A DNA stretch of 64,000 nucleotides from a virus, in IMG/VR virus record IMGVR_UViG_3300005393_000209, one strand, 5' to 3'. Position 1 is the first letter of the stretch, and every line of letters begins with the position of its first letter. The position numbers and the translations under genes were made by a program. Of the stretch, positions 10,058 through 19,274 are shown piece after piece. Under the pieces are notes generated by a model. That model had not been told where the DNA came from. It was given only the letters and a program-made list of their open reading frames with translations, and made no database searches.

Positions 10058-10398
10058 AAAATGATTACTAAAATGATTACTAATATCTTTTTCTCCTGTA
10101 ATATTAAGCCTGAAGTTGTCATGGGCTATGACGAACCGAATTATTTTGGTTCCGTTCAGGCGGTCTTTCGTTGGATGTTGCCTAACTGCGATTGTGGAGA
10201 TGATGAAGAATAAAAAACTACTTATGAATCTTTGTCATGACAGAAGAACCTCGCAACAAAAAGTATCAAGTGTTCGTTACGTGGAACGTATTTTGTGTTT
10301 TTAAAGAAAAATGATTACCAAAATGATTACCAGAAAAACACATATTTTCCATTTAAAATACCCTTTCTGGATACTGGTAATCATTTTTTGATTACCTG
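10058..10398. other. attP-like site with integrase arm-type repeats
   Basis: AAATGATTACYA tandem pairs at ~10059-10082 and ~10309-10332, inverted copy at 10375-10386, abutting the integrase stop. Confidence 0.75.
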
Positions 10399-11465
10399 AG
10401 TTTCTCAATAGCTTCTCTAAGCTGTTGTTCTGTCAGATGAGCATATCTTTGAGTATGCTTAATCGTAGTATGTCCGAGGAACTCTTGAGCAACTTTAAGG
10501 GAATGAGAAACTGCAAGGATTTTTGTAGCCGCTACATGTCTAATATCATGAATTCGGAAAGGATGCTTAATTCCTGCCAACTCTTTTACCTTTGCCCAAA
10601 TATCATAATGGATAGTTCTGTAAGGTTTTTTGGTATACTTGTTAATCCAGAAAAAAGGAGTTCCATTCTCAGGGATAGATTGGAGTAACTCAACCACGGA
10701 TGAATTTACAGGGATTGTAAGCCTCCTGTCGCCCTTCTGGATAATCTGGAGGGTCTTATACTGGAAATCTACTTCGTCACGCCTGAGATGGGTTATATTA
10801 TGTTTTCGTAAGCCTGTTTGAAAAGCCACGAAAATCATCTCTCCATAATGAGGATTTTTTAGTTTTTTTAATGCTTCAAAGAGGTTTCGTTCCTCTTCTT
10901 TCGAGAGAAGATTGGTAACTAAATTATCCACCCTGTACCGCTTAACCCGGAAAGGATTCTTCTCGTCAGGGAGAATATAATTAAAAGCCGCATGAGCTAT
11001 CGCAATATCTTTATTTACTGTTACTTTTGAAACAGTCTTAAGCCTCTCTAATCTGTAATCCTCGACTAGCCGAGGAGATATTTCTTTAATAGGAATATCT
11101 TTTTTTCCGGAGAAGAACTCAGATATTGACTTGAGAGTTTTTCTTGCTTCATAGATAACACTTTCCGACCGGGATTCTATCTCAAGCCGCTGGATATAGG
11201 GAGAACAAACATCCCTCCAGAACATTATCTCATTAGAGGTTTCTTTTTCCTTTAAATTGCTCCGGAAGAGAACCTCCTGCCTTTTTGCCTCACTTAAAGG
11301 AATCTCCCCTAATCTCCGGGAACACATTTTCCCCTCTTTATTCCTAGCTGAAATCCAATATGCCCGTTGAGACTTGGGGAGATTAGTTCCGCATCTCCCG
11401 CAGGAAATATTTTTTAATGAAGTGCGATTTTTACAGATTTTACATTCTTGCAATATCATAAACAC
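10392..11465 (-). CDS. int: Tyrosine integrase with N-terminal C4 zinc ribbon
   Basis: TGLR, HDIRH, LGH..I..T.RY catalytic motifs. Confidence 0.95.
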   Translation of the reverse strand: MFMILQECKICKNRTSLKNISCGRCGTNLPKSQRAYWISARNKEGKMCSRRLGEIPLSEAKRQEVLFRSNLKEKETSNEIMFWRDVCSPYIQRLEIESRSESVIYEARKTLKSISEFFSGKKDIPIKEISPRLVEDYRLERLKTVSKVTVNKDIAIAHAAFNYILPDEKNPFRVKRYRVDNLVTNLLSKEEERNLFEALKKLKNPHYGEMIFVAFQTGLRKHNITHLRRDEVDFQYKTLQIIQKGDRRLTIPVNSSVVELLQSIPENGTPFFWINKYTKKPYRTIHYDIWAKVKELAGIKHPFRIHDIRHVAATKILAVSHSLKVAQEFLGHTTIKHTQRYAHLTEQQLREAIEKLR

Positions 11466-11477
11466 CTCCAGAAAGAG

Positions 11478-11503
11478 AAAAGGAGGATTGCTCCTCCTTT
11501 TTT
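11478..11503. terminator. Hairpin/terminator between ardC and int
   Basis: AAAAGGAGGA-TTGC-TCCTCCTTTT. Confidence 0.65.
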
Positions 11504-11508
11504 ATTTT

Positions 11509-12327
11509 TTATCTATTCATTATGAAGTTTGCCGCTTTCTCCGCCGATTGAGCCGCTATGATTATAGCATTCTTATGGTTCTCAAGGAATCGAACCCAAC
11601 CGTTTATATATGCTTTGCTATTTTCCAAGTCTTGAGAAATACCCGCTTCCGAGGATAAAAAAGACGCCCCTATCTCCGCGACCAACTCCTCCTGAGAATA
11701 TGTCTGGAGATTGCTCTGATTAATATTCTTTTCCTTTCTTCTGTTAAGCCTTGAGGTATGGAGGGTCGAATGTACTAGTTCATGAAAGAGCGTCACATAA
11801 TACGCATCGCTATTTATAAAAGCTTTTATTGCAGGAATATGAACTTCATCAGTAATTAAATTATAGCATGGAGTGCCGTCAACATGTTTTATGACGGGTT
11901 TATTCGGCATTCCATTAACAACTTTTTCCGCAGGAGTAATAGGATGATTATTCGCATTGACAACAGGTAATTTGTCTTCAATTCCTGTTGTCTGTTCAAC
12001 ATTCCAAACCTTGAGAATTAAGGGGTATTTAGGGACAAGCCTTTCAGACCCATCTTCAAGGATTTCTTTTTCCATCCACCATTTTACGATATTGGAAGCC
12101 TTAGCTCCCTTCTTAATTCTACCTCCAAGAGCGTTACACTGTTTCATCCCTACCCAATAAGGGGAAGAGAATCCTTTCATGGAAAGGATTATTCTGTTTA
12201 TTCCTTTGTATTCTTTTCCCGTGGAAAGATTAGAAGGGGTAAAATTACGCCATTCCTTTTTCCAAGGAATTACACCCTTGGATAAAGCATCAATGAATTC
12301 CTGAGTAATGGTTTCATAGACTTTCAT
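11509..12327 (-). CDS. ardC: ArdC-family ssDNA-binding antirestriction protein with metallopeptidase-like C-domain
   Basis: PW.K.W, YKGIN..IL, HELVHST, YSQEELVAEIGA motifs. Confidence 0.9.
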   Translation of the reverse strand: MKVYETITQEFIDALSKGVIPWKKEWRNFTPSNLSTGKEYKGINRIILSMKGFSSPYWVGMKQCNALGGRIKKGAKASNIVKWWMEKEILEDGSERLVPKYPLILKVWNVEQTTGIEDKLPVVNANNHPITPAEKVVNGMPNKPVIKHVDGTPCYNLITDEVHIPAIKAFINSDAYYVTLFHELVHSTLHTSRLNRRKEKNINQSNLQTYSQEELVAEIGASFLSSEAGISQDLENSKAYINGWVRFLENHKNAIIIAAQSAEKAANFIMNR

Positions 12328-12363
12328 GTTGTTTCTCCCTTTTGTGTTATGTTTTGTGCTTCA

Positions 12364-12392
12364 AATATATTGTGCGATTTTTTCTATGTCAA
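12364..12392 (-). promoter_or_regulatory. Sigma70 promoter of ardC
   Basis: TTGACA-17nt-TATATT. Confidence 0.75.
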
Positions 12393-12394
12393 GC

Positions 12395-12423
12395 AAAAAA
12401 AAAGACCTCCATCAGGAGGTCTC
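12395..12423 (-). terminator. Terminator of the replication operon
   Basis: AGACCTCC-TGAT-GGAGGTCT followed by a long U-run. Confidence 0.8.
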
Positions 12424-12445
12424 ACATAAGGGGAGAAACATAAAC

Positions 12446-12778
12446 TCAGTAATCAAGCGATATTTGCGTTCTTGAACCTAGAGCAAATTCTTCAAGCTGT
12501 TGAGTTATTTCATGCTGCCGAGCAATATCAAGATAATCATATTTTGACAAGTACGCGCACATATTCCCTTCATCAGGATTTATTATCTCCAAAGGATAGA
12601 GGAAATTCCTCATACGCCTAGAGACAAGGATGTAATCTCCAAAAAACAGAATGAAGGAGTCGGTTGACTCAGAAAAAAGTTGTTTGTCAGACCATTCGAT
12701 TAACGTTTTAGAAGCCTCCCTTGAAAGAGGCAAACCCTGTTCTTCTAATATATTTTGAGGCAGATTTCTTTGCAACAT
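12446..12778 (-). CDS. Hypothetical protein
   Basis: ORF in operon context. Confidence 0.55.
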   Translation of the reverse strand: MLQRNLPQNILEEQGLPLSREASKTLIEWSDKQLFSESTDSFILFFGDYILVSRRMRNFLYPLEIINPDEGNMCAYLSKYDYLDIARQHEITQQLEEFALGSRTQISLDY

Positions 12779-12803
12779 ACCTTTACCCTAAAATTTAACA
12801 GAA

Positions 12804-13871
12804 TTAAGCTCTCATCGGCATTACAAGAGCCAAATAAGAATCAGAACCAAACTCTTTGATTGTAACAGGTATAACCTTGCTAGAAATAGATATCTCAGGA
12901 ACTTTAAAAAAGTCTAAAGTATTAAGAATATAATCCAAATTCAAAATAAGCTCGACTTCGCCGCCACCTCCTTTCACCTCAATAACATCCTCCGCCTTTC
13001 CTACTTGAGGATTATCAACCACAAGGGAAAGTTTAGAGTTTGAATATTCTAATCTTATTGCTTTATGAGCATCAGAAGCCATTACAGAAACCCTATTTAT
13101 CGCCGCTTTTAGAGATGTCTCAGTGTCAGTAAATACTACATCATGAGACAATCCACTAAGGAGTTTATTATAATCAGGATAGTCGCCGTCTCTTAACTGG
13201 ATGGCAAAAGCATCATGCCCTACCCGTATAACAAAATATTTCTCATAAATCCCGTAATACATATCGTTAGATGAATATCTTGTCAAGAACTTAATTGCTT
13301 TGTCTATACCTATTCTATCGAGAAGGAGTTTTTGTGGAAGTTCCCCCAAGATTCTCCTTTTTGATAGAGTCAACCTATGCCCATCGGTAGCAACTAATTC
13401 CCCGTTCGTATCGAAAAATAAACAATCAAGATTGAGCCTCGACTCGCTCGTTGATGCCGCATATCTAACTTTTTCAATCTCCTGAATAAAAAGTTCTCTG
13501 TTAACACTGATAAACTCCTTTTCCTCCGGTTTTAACCATAAAGGAAAACTATCAACAGGAAAAACGGGGAGAGTAAAATGTGAGTTACCGCTATCTATTT
13601 GCAGTCGGTTACTGTTTACAGTAAGTCTAATATCTGTCTCACAGCATTTAATAATCTCAAGGAACTTGTAACCATTGACACAACATCCGAAAGTTTCATC
13701 TGCTTCCGGAATCTCAACAATCGCCCCATAATTTAGATGGGTAGCCTCAAGCCTTAGTTTTTCCTCTCCTGCCGTAAGTTTGATACAATCCAAGATAGGC
13801 ATGTTAGATTTTCCTATCCCGGTAACAACCTTTTCTAAAGCTCCAAGGAGTATGTATTTTTTGATAATCAT
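12804..13871 (-). CDS. dnaN: DNA polymerase III beta sliding clamp
   Basis: MPIL..I, VATDGHRL, GDYPDY, LVMPMR motifs; 355 aa. Confidence 0.95.
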   Translation of the reverse strand: MIIKKYILLGALEKVVTGIGKSNMPILDCIKLTAGEEKLRLEATHLNYGAIVEIPEADETFGCCVNGYKFLEIIKCCETDIRLTVNSNRLQIDSGNSHFTLPVFPVDSFPLWLKPEEKEFISVNRELFIQEIEKVRYAASTSESRLNLDCLFFDTNGELVATDGHRLTLSKRRILGELPQKLLLDRIGIDKAIKFLTRYSSNDMYYGIYEKYFVIRVGHDAFAIQLRDGDYPDYNKLLSGLSHDVVFTDTETSLKAAINRVSVMASDAHKAIRLEYSNSKLSLVVDNPQVGKAEDVIEVKGGGGEVELILNLDYILNTLDFFKVPEISISSKVIPVTIKEFGSDSYLALVMPMRA

Positions 13872-13932
13872 CTATATCTCCTCGACAAAACCCACAAACG
13901 ATATTTCCTTAATAATACCCGTATCAGAGCGT

Positions 13933-14235
13933 TCATTTCTTTTCTACCCCTTGTTCGTCAGAAAGGATAGAAAGTGTTGTTGTTTTTCTCTTTAACAAAA
14001 TGTCAAGTTTATCCTCAAGCCGTTTCAATCTGGTAACTTCAAAAAATGGTATGCAATCACATTTATCCTGCTGAAGAATTAAGTTCATCTTGTTCTCTAG
14101 TCTCATTACTTGCATCTGCAAGAATCCTGTCTCATACTGTAATTGCCGCAAGGTAACATGCCCCATACAATAGGTAGTCAAAAGGACAGCGCCCAAGAAA
14201 ATAACAATACAACCAATAATTTTTAATATTTTCAT
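13933..14235 (-). CDS. Hypothetical membrane-anchored coiled-coil protein
   Basis: N-terminal hydrophobic helix. Confidence 0.5.
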   Translation of the reverse strand: MKILKIIGCIVIFLGAVLLTTYCMGHVTLRQLQYETGFLQMQVMRLENKMNLILQQDKCDCIPFFEVTRLKRLEDKLDILLKRKTTTLSILSDEQGVEKK

Positions 14236-14777
14236 TTTGGTCGCTCCATCTCAGGATTTGTTATCCTGCCTCCTCCCCATATCCCTTTGTAAGCGTCTGT
14301 TTGTGGAGAATCAAACTCAGCAAAAACCAGATGAATAAATTCTGCCCCTTTCTCAATAATTGTAGGTCTCACTACCTCTACTCCAACTGTTAGTTGTCCA
14401 TTAAATCCCGGATGAACTCCTCCGGAATAAACCTTTACACCATACCTGAGGCATCTTGAGCGTGACTCAATAAACGCATGAGCAAAGGAAGGAACACTAA
14501 CTGACTCTACTGTTTGAGCCAAATAATACTCATGTGGTAACAACATCCAACTATCAGGAGCATCACTATAAAGTTCAACATCCTCTACTTCTGTTCCTGC
14601 TGTTCCATGAACCCCTATTATAGGAGGATTTCTTTGACGTTTTAAAACACATAGCCTCCCTATCTTTAGGTTAATAGCCGAGCCTTCTATGAAGTTAAGC
14701 TGTCTTCCGGATAAACTACTTGTTAATTTTATACCGTCATTAGCTAAGTTTCTTATGCTACTTGCTGAAATAAGCAT
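14232..14777 (-). CDS. dcd: dCTP deaminase/dUTPase family
   Basis: SRS..R.G and VHPGFNGQL motifs; GGAGGAGG SD before ATG 14777. Confidence 0.85.
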   Translation of the reverse strand: MLISASSIRNLANDGIKLTSSLSGRQLNFIEGSAINLKIGRLCVLKRQRNPPIIGVHGTAGTEVEDVELYSDAPDSWMLLPHEYYLAQTVESVSVPSFAHAFIESRSRCLRYGVKVYSGGVHPGFNGQLTVGVEVVRPTIIEKGAEFIHLVFAEFDSPQTDAYKGIWGGGRITNPEMERPK

Positions 14778-16411
14778 TCTGTTTGCTCCTCCTCCTGAGT
14801 TAAAGTCCAGAGTCCAGTTTGGTCGCTCCATTCCAAGTCAAAAACCGTATCTCCAATATCCCTCCCGCTAATGGTAAGTTCTCCAATCATTTGCTTCCGG
14901 TCTGGTCTCACAAAACTCCAGATTGTGTCAGCTACTCCTGTAATTGCATTAGAACCGGATATTTTCTCAAAATAATCCTCTGTCATTCCTTTTTTATGAT
15001 GATGTACAAGAATTAGAGCTATCCCATGTTTCCACGCTAAATCATGGAGCTTTGAGAGTTCCTCATATTCACGTTCATAAAGTGTTGTTCCAAAAGATGT
15101 ATCCCCTGAGCGGATTTTGGCAAATGTGTCAACGATAACCATTTTAGGAAAGGATGTATTCTCAAGCCATTCATCTATTGATGTAATAGCATCTTCCCCG
15201 GTAGGCCATTTATTCGTAAAGAAAGCATTTGGACTAATTTCCCCTCCATTAGCAATCTTCTTTATCCTTGATTGAAATCTACGGGGAGGGTCTTCCAGCG
15301 CAAGATTTAACACCGCTCCAGAATTTGTTGAGAACTTTTCGCATCCGAGCGCAGGGGTTCCGAGAGTGACACAATGACATAATCCCTGAATCAACCAACT
15401 TTTACCAACCTTAGGAGGCCCGGCTAATACCGTTAATCCTTCAGGAAGAATCCCCTTAATAATCCATGAAGGTTCCGGTAATTTTTGGTCAACCAAGTCT
15501 ACCCATGAAACTATTGTTGTTTCATTCTCTTTCTTCTTATGTTTAGCTTTAACAGGGAGAGCTTCTTTTTTTGAAACCCATGTAGAAATCTTGATTAATT
15601 CCTCCTCAGTTAAAGGAGGTCTACATCTCTGTTGATTTACCTCCCTTAAAGCATTGAGAAGAGGAGCTCCATCAAGGTAAGAGTTTCGGAGTCTAGCCGC
15701 TACTTGAATTAATGACTGATGTCTGGTTCCTTCTGGGAAAAAAGAATCAGACTCTTGAAGGATTTCTCCGATAGATAATGGCGGTTCTTCCAAATCGAGC
15801 TTAAAAAAATCAATAAGCTCATCTAGTTTGTATTCCGCATCAGGATTTAAGGAAACACATCTTGTAAGGAATGGTTCTCCCTTTAGATGAAAAAATCCGG
15901 GGAGCCTCATCACTCGTGGTAAGTCATTAACACTTATATCCCCATGAAATTTTCTAGCAATAGCTCTCTGAACTTTCGAGAACATATCTAGCCTATCGTC
16001 AGAAACCCTCCAATAAACATGGAACTTCTGAGGAGAGGTTTCCACAATCGCCGTAGGACAAAACTCCTCTTTTGTCGCTTCTAGTAACGGCTCAATAGGA
16101 GCTCCATCCAAATCTACAAATATGGCTCTTATACGGGAAATACTTGATTTTGTTCTCCCTCTCCCGTCTCCTGCATTTACCATGAAAAAGATTCCATACC
16201 CCTGCTCATTACTACGGATAAGCCATTTTGACGCCATATCAAAAGTTAGGTATTTATAGGCTCCTGAAAGAACGGAATCCTTTTTGTCTCCAAAAATCTG
16301 AAAGCATAGATTGGTAGGAGGATTAAACAATCCTTTCAAAAAACTAGCAGTATCATTTAAATTTACTTGCATAGTTTCCATTTTCTTTTCCCCATTTTGG
16401 GCATCTGACAA
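14753..16411 (-). CDS. Primase-helicase (RepB-type primase + PriCT + AAA_25 helicase)
   Basis: FVDLD, ETSPQKFHVYW, RVMRLPG; GPPKVGKS Walker A, IVDT, LVHH. Confidence 0.9.
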   Translation of the reverse strand: MSDAQNGEKKMETMQVNLNDTASFLKGLFNPPTNLCFQIFGDKKDSVLSGAYKYLTFDMASKWLIRSNEQGYGIFFMVNAGDGRGRTKSSISRIRAIFVDLDGAPIEPLLEATKEEFCPTAIVETSPQKFHVYWRVSDDRLDMFSKVQRAIARKFHGDISVNDLPRVMRLPGFFHLKGEPFLTRCVSLNPDAEYKLDELIDFFKLDLEEPPLSIGEILQESDSFFPEGTRHQSLIQVAARLRNSYLDGAPLLNALREVNQQRCRPPLTEEELIKISTWVSKKEALPVKAKHKKKENETTIVSWVDLVDQKLPEPSWIIKGILPEGLTVLAGPPKVGKSWLIQGLCHCVTLGTPALGCEKFSTNSGAVLNLALEDPPRRFQSRIKKIANGGEISPNAFFTNKWPTGEDAITSIDEWLENTSFPKMVIVDTFAKIRSGDTSFGTTLYEREYEELSKLHDLAWKHGIALILVHHHKKGMTEDYFEKISGSNAITGVADTIWSFVRPDRKQMIGELTISGRDIGDTVFDLEWSDQTGLWTLTQEEEQTECLFQQVA

Positions 16412-16640
16412 TTATCTTAGGACTGACAAAATCATTCCTCTCGTGAATTGTGCAGAACCCATTGATATATTTTTCACATTTTTGACAGTTAAACTTTAAC
16501 TCAGGGAACGGACAGAATTCTAAACTGTTAATCACTGAGTCACCGCAGAAATCCAACCCCTTTATTCTCTTGTGCTGTTTACACAGATTACATCTTCCGA
16601 TAGTCGGAGGAGTCGCTGGAGCCATCATTTCTTCCTCCAT
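16353..16640 (-). CDS. Small Cys-rich protein
   Basis: Multiple CxxC motifs; operon context. Confidence 0.5.
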   Translation of the reverse strand: MEEEMMAPATPPTIGRCNLCKQHKRIKGLDFCGDSVINSLEFCPFPELKFNCQKCEKYINGFCTIHERNDFVSPKIIVRCPKWGKENGNYASKFK

Positions 16641-17104
16641 AAAGAAAAATTCGCTATTCCTCCAATCACTCCAAGAATAAAAGCGTCATAAATATGCTCA
16701 TTTCCCTGTAATCCATACATTTCAGCTATCTCTTTCGCCGTTTCTTTGGATAGTCGCTGTTTGGATATTTCCATCACTTTTTCCGCCAGAGGGAGGGAAG
16801 CAGTAATAATAACAGCACGAGCTTCTGAGCACTTCATCATTGCTAACATGTGCCTTGAAACATGCCCCTCAAACTGTTCAACTATTACTGTTCCAATTTT
16901 TTTATGTTTTTTAAGGAGCCCTGACACTTTGCCGGATAAATATCCTAGTCTCTCAACCATATTCCCCTTTGGCGGATGAATACTTCCAGCGCCAACAAGT
17001 TCTCTATCCCGCCATATACAATAGCCAGTAGTAACAATTCCGGGGTCAAACGAAAAATCATAATTACTTGTTGACGTGGAAGTTTTCCCCATATCCCCTT
17101 TCAC
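16625..17104 (-). CDS. ruvC: RuvC-like Holliday junction resolvase
   Basis: FDPG...TGY, VIVE, H.YDA motifs. Confidence 0.8.
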   Translation of the reverse strand: MKGDMGKTSTSTSNYDFSFDPGIVTTGYCIWRDRELVGAGSIHPPKGNMVERLGYLSGKVSGLLKKHKKIGTVIVEQFEGHVSRHMLAMMKCSEARAVIITASLPLAEKVMEISKQRLSKETAKEIAEMYGLQGNEHIYDAFILGVIGGIANFSLWRKK

Positions 17105-17117
17105 CCTCCGTTAATAA

Positions 17118-17552
17118 TTAGAATCCAAATTCAGGTTCACTTTTAACTGCTTGTTTTTCCTTTATTCTTGCAAGCGAAACCTTTTCAAAAATGTTGACAT
17201 ACTGCGTTTTTCCGTTAGTTCTAGTTTCCAGTAAGAGGGTAGTTCCCTTAAATTTTGGGAGTTCATTCTCTATATCTTTCCCTTTTGCTGTTAACCCTAA
17301 GATTGACAAATCCTTTTTAAATCGAGCTAAAACTTTTTCTCCCTGCGATAAATATGTTGGTTTCCTGATTGAGTATCCTTCATATTCCCCATCTACTACC
17401 GTAAAATGCCACCACATAACTTTTCCATATTCCCCATCGGTAAGCTCATAATCATCAAAACGGGCAATATATTTCCCATCAGGAACTCTTGGAGGGTAAA
17501 TCTTCACCTCCAGTTTGTCGTATTCTTCAACTAGCTCATCAAAAAATCCCAT
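17118..17552 (-). CDS. DUF669-like putative ssDNA-binding protein
   Basis: VPDGKY, F.VVDGEYEG motifs; acidic/aromatic C-terminus; coupled to exonuclease. Confidence 0.65.
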   Translation of the reverse strand: MGFFDELVEEYDKLEVKIYPPRVPDGKYIARFDDYELTDGEYGKVMWWHFTVVDGEYEGYSIRKPTYLSQGEKVLARFKKDLSILGLTAKGKDIENELPKFKGTTLLLETRTNGKTQYVNIFEKVSLARIKEKQAVKSEPEFGF

Positions 17553-18313
17553 TATTGTTCTCCTCCGAAGCATTGATTGTAGTAATAGCACGGAGACCCG
17601 TACCAAAATTTGCAGTAGTTAGTTAATTCAGGACGTGGATTACAGTCCTGAATTTCTTTGTGGATTTCATTGATTTGTTTTAGGAGATAATCCTTCTCGA
17701 AACTCGTTTGTCGCTTTAGGTTTCTGTATGTTATTGTCAGGGACTTTCCCCATTGATAATCCCACACATAAAGCTTTTTTATCCGAGGGAGAACTCTCCT
17801 AAAAGTCACTTGATTGACTTCTGGAAATCTGGAGATAACCAACTGAGCATAAAGGTCACGCTCAAAGGGACTGTCATAATGTTTTTTACCGGATTTATAC
17901 TCATCAATTATCCCGCGTTTGCCAATAATCCGGAGTCTGTCCAGAATCCCCCTAGCAATCGCATCATTATCGTCCCATACATCCTCTCCATGCTCATTAA
18001 TGGCAATCTTCAGTTCATAAACATCCAAATCAGCCGAGGAGGTTAATTCCTTTTCCTCGTTATGGAGAGTATCCAACCATGACAGGAGCTCCCCGGTTTC
18101 GATGAATTTAGCCTTTGATTCCATTTCTTCAGGAGTCAAGTCATCCCTTCTCATCTCTTGATGGAGGGTATGAACCTCTCCTCCAAAAGCAGCGAAGTCA
18201 TTTACGGGAGCCCTGTTATCTGGAACACAATGCTCCAAATAAGTCCGCTGAGGACATTTTCGGAATGTATCAACCCCGCTTTTTGAGATAGGAGAATAAT
18301 CCATCTCACACAA
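17552..18313 (-). CDS. PD-(D/E)XK exonuclease, recombination partner of RecT
   Basis: S....F.KCP, GILDRL...IDEYKSG, C-terminal Cys cluster. Confidence 0.8.
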   Translation of the reverse strand: MCEMDYSPISKSGVDTFRKCPQRTYLEHCVPDNRAPVNDFAAFGGEVHTLHQEMRRDDLTPEEMESKAKFIETGELLSWLDTLHNEEKELTSSADLDVYELKIAINEHGEDVWDDNDAIARGILDRLRIIGKRGIIDEYKSGKKHYDSPFERDLYAQLVISRFPEVNQVTFRRVLPRIKKLYVWDYQWGKSLTITYRNLKRQTSFEKDYLLKQINEIHKEIQDCNPRPELTNYCKFWYGSPCYYYNQCFGGEQ

Positions 18314-19127
18314 TCCCCTCTTTCTTTGCGGATTCCCATATCTTTTTCAGGAAGGGTCTTAGTTGCTTTTCGTCAACTTCATCAGGAGAGACTCCGAATT
18401 CAGCAACAATCTTTTCGTTTGCATAAACAATCAAAGGCTCATAGTCGGAAACCTTTTCTTTTATGGCATCACAGAACTTCTCCCATACTGTTGATTCCTG
18501 TTTTTCAACTTCCATAACTTTTGTTTCAATTTGCTTTCTTGCTGGAGTTACAACAGCACGAGATTCATTAGTCGCTTGCTCCATCTCCTCAACCGTATAC
18601 ATTCCGGAGAGAACCTCAGGAAAAGCCTTCCTGAGAGCTAATGACTCCGCACATTTCAGAATCATTGCGTCAGGCATAGTCGCCCAAAGGTTTTGGGGTC
18701 TCCCCTGTTGGTCAACTTTTGCATACCCCCTGAACAGTGCTGTTGCGGATAAAGGAGTCGTAAAATCCTTACGATAAACAGATATTGTAGCCGAAATAAT
18801 TTCGGCAACATCCGACATGTCTAGTTGTTCATGAGGAACAACTGCTTTTGTTCCATCTTTAAAACGGACAAAGAATCTTGCATCCCCTGAGCCACCATAT
18901 TTTTTCGTTCTCTCCGCCACGACTCGAAGCCCGTCAATGGAAGGAAACATCTGCACTTTTCCTCCTAGCTTCAAGGGATAGCATTGCCTAGCCTCAACGC
19001 TTAAGCCTCTCTTTTTCGCCCATTCGTAGGAGGCAACTGCTTCTGCTTCCGATAAATTCGGAAAAAGAGACTTTAATAAAGTCTCTTTAACCTCATTCCG
19101 TTCTACTACTGCGACATCACTCGTCAT
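18306..19127 (-). CDS. bet: RecT/Bet-family single-strand annealing protein
   Basis: SIDGLRVVAERT, W..MP..M..KCAESLALRKAFP...GMY..EEM. Confidence 0.9.
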   Translation of the reverse strand: MTSDVAVVERNEVKETLLKSLFPNLSEAEAVASYEWAKKRGLSVEARQCYPLKLGGKVQMFPSIDGLRVVAERTKKYGGSGDARFFVRFKDGTKAVVPHEQLDMSDVAEIISATISVYRKDFTTPLSATALFRGYAKVDQQGRPQNLWATMPDAMILKCAESLALRKAFPEVLSGMYTVEEMEQATNESRAVVTPARKQIETKVMEVEKQESTVWEKFCDAIKEKVSDYEPLIVYANEKIVAEFGVSPDEVDEKQLRPFLKKIWESAKKEGIV

Positions 19128-19153
19128 AAGAAATCCTCCGTATAACAAAATGC

Positions 19154-19234
19154 TTGACAACCATAAAATTTTGTATTACGGTTTGTCATAGATTATTTAG
19201 TGTTGAATGTATCAGGCATCAGACATTTTGTCAA
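19154..19234. promoter_or_regulatory. Pair of face-to-face sigma70 promoters (genetic switch region)
   Basis: + TTGACA(19154)-17-TACGGT; - TTGACA(19234)-17-TACATT. Confidence 0.7.
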
Positions 19235-19274
19235 GTTAAAAAAACACACAAGACAAAAAAAAGGAGAGACAAGG

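Noticed and set aside
10083..10310. tRNA or tmRNA fragment as att core
   Set aside because: No T-loop (GTTCRA) with acceptor-stem/CCA pattern seen on either strand
13995..14007. CTTGACATTTTGT operator-like match inside the 13933-14235 gene
   Set aside because: Within coding sequence (LDIL codons); may be chance, though an internal dnaN promoter is not excluded
17552..18313. Cas4/CRISPR system
   Set aside because: No repeat-spacer array or other cas genes; the nuclease sits next to RecT as a standard recombination exonuclease
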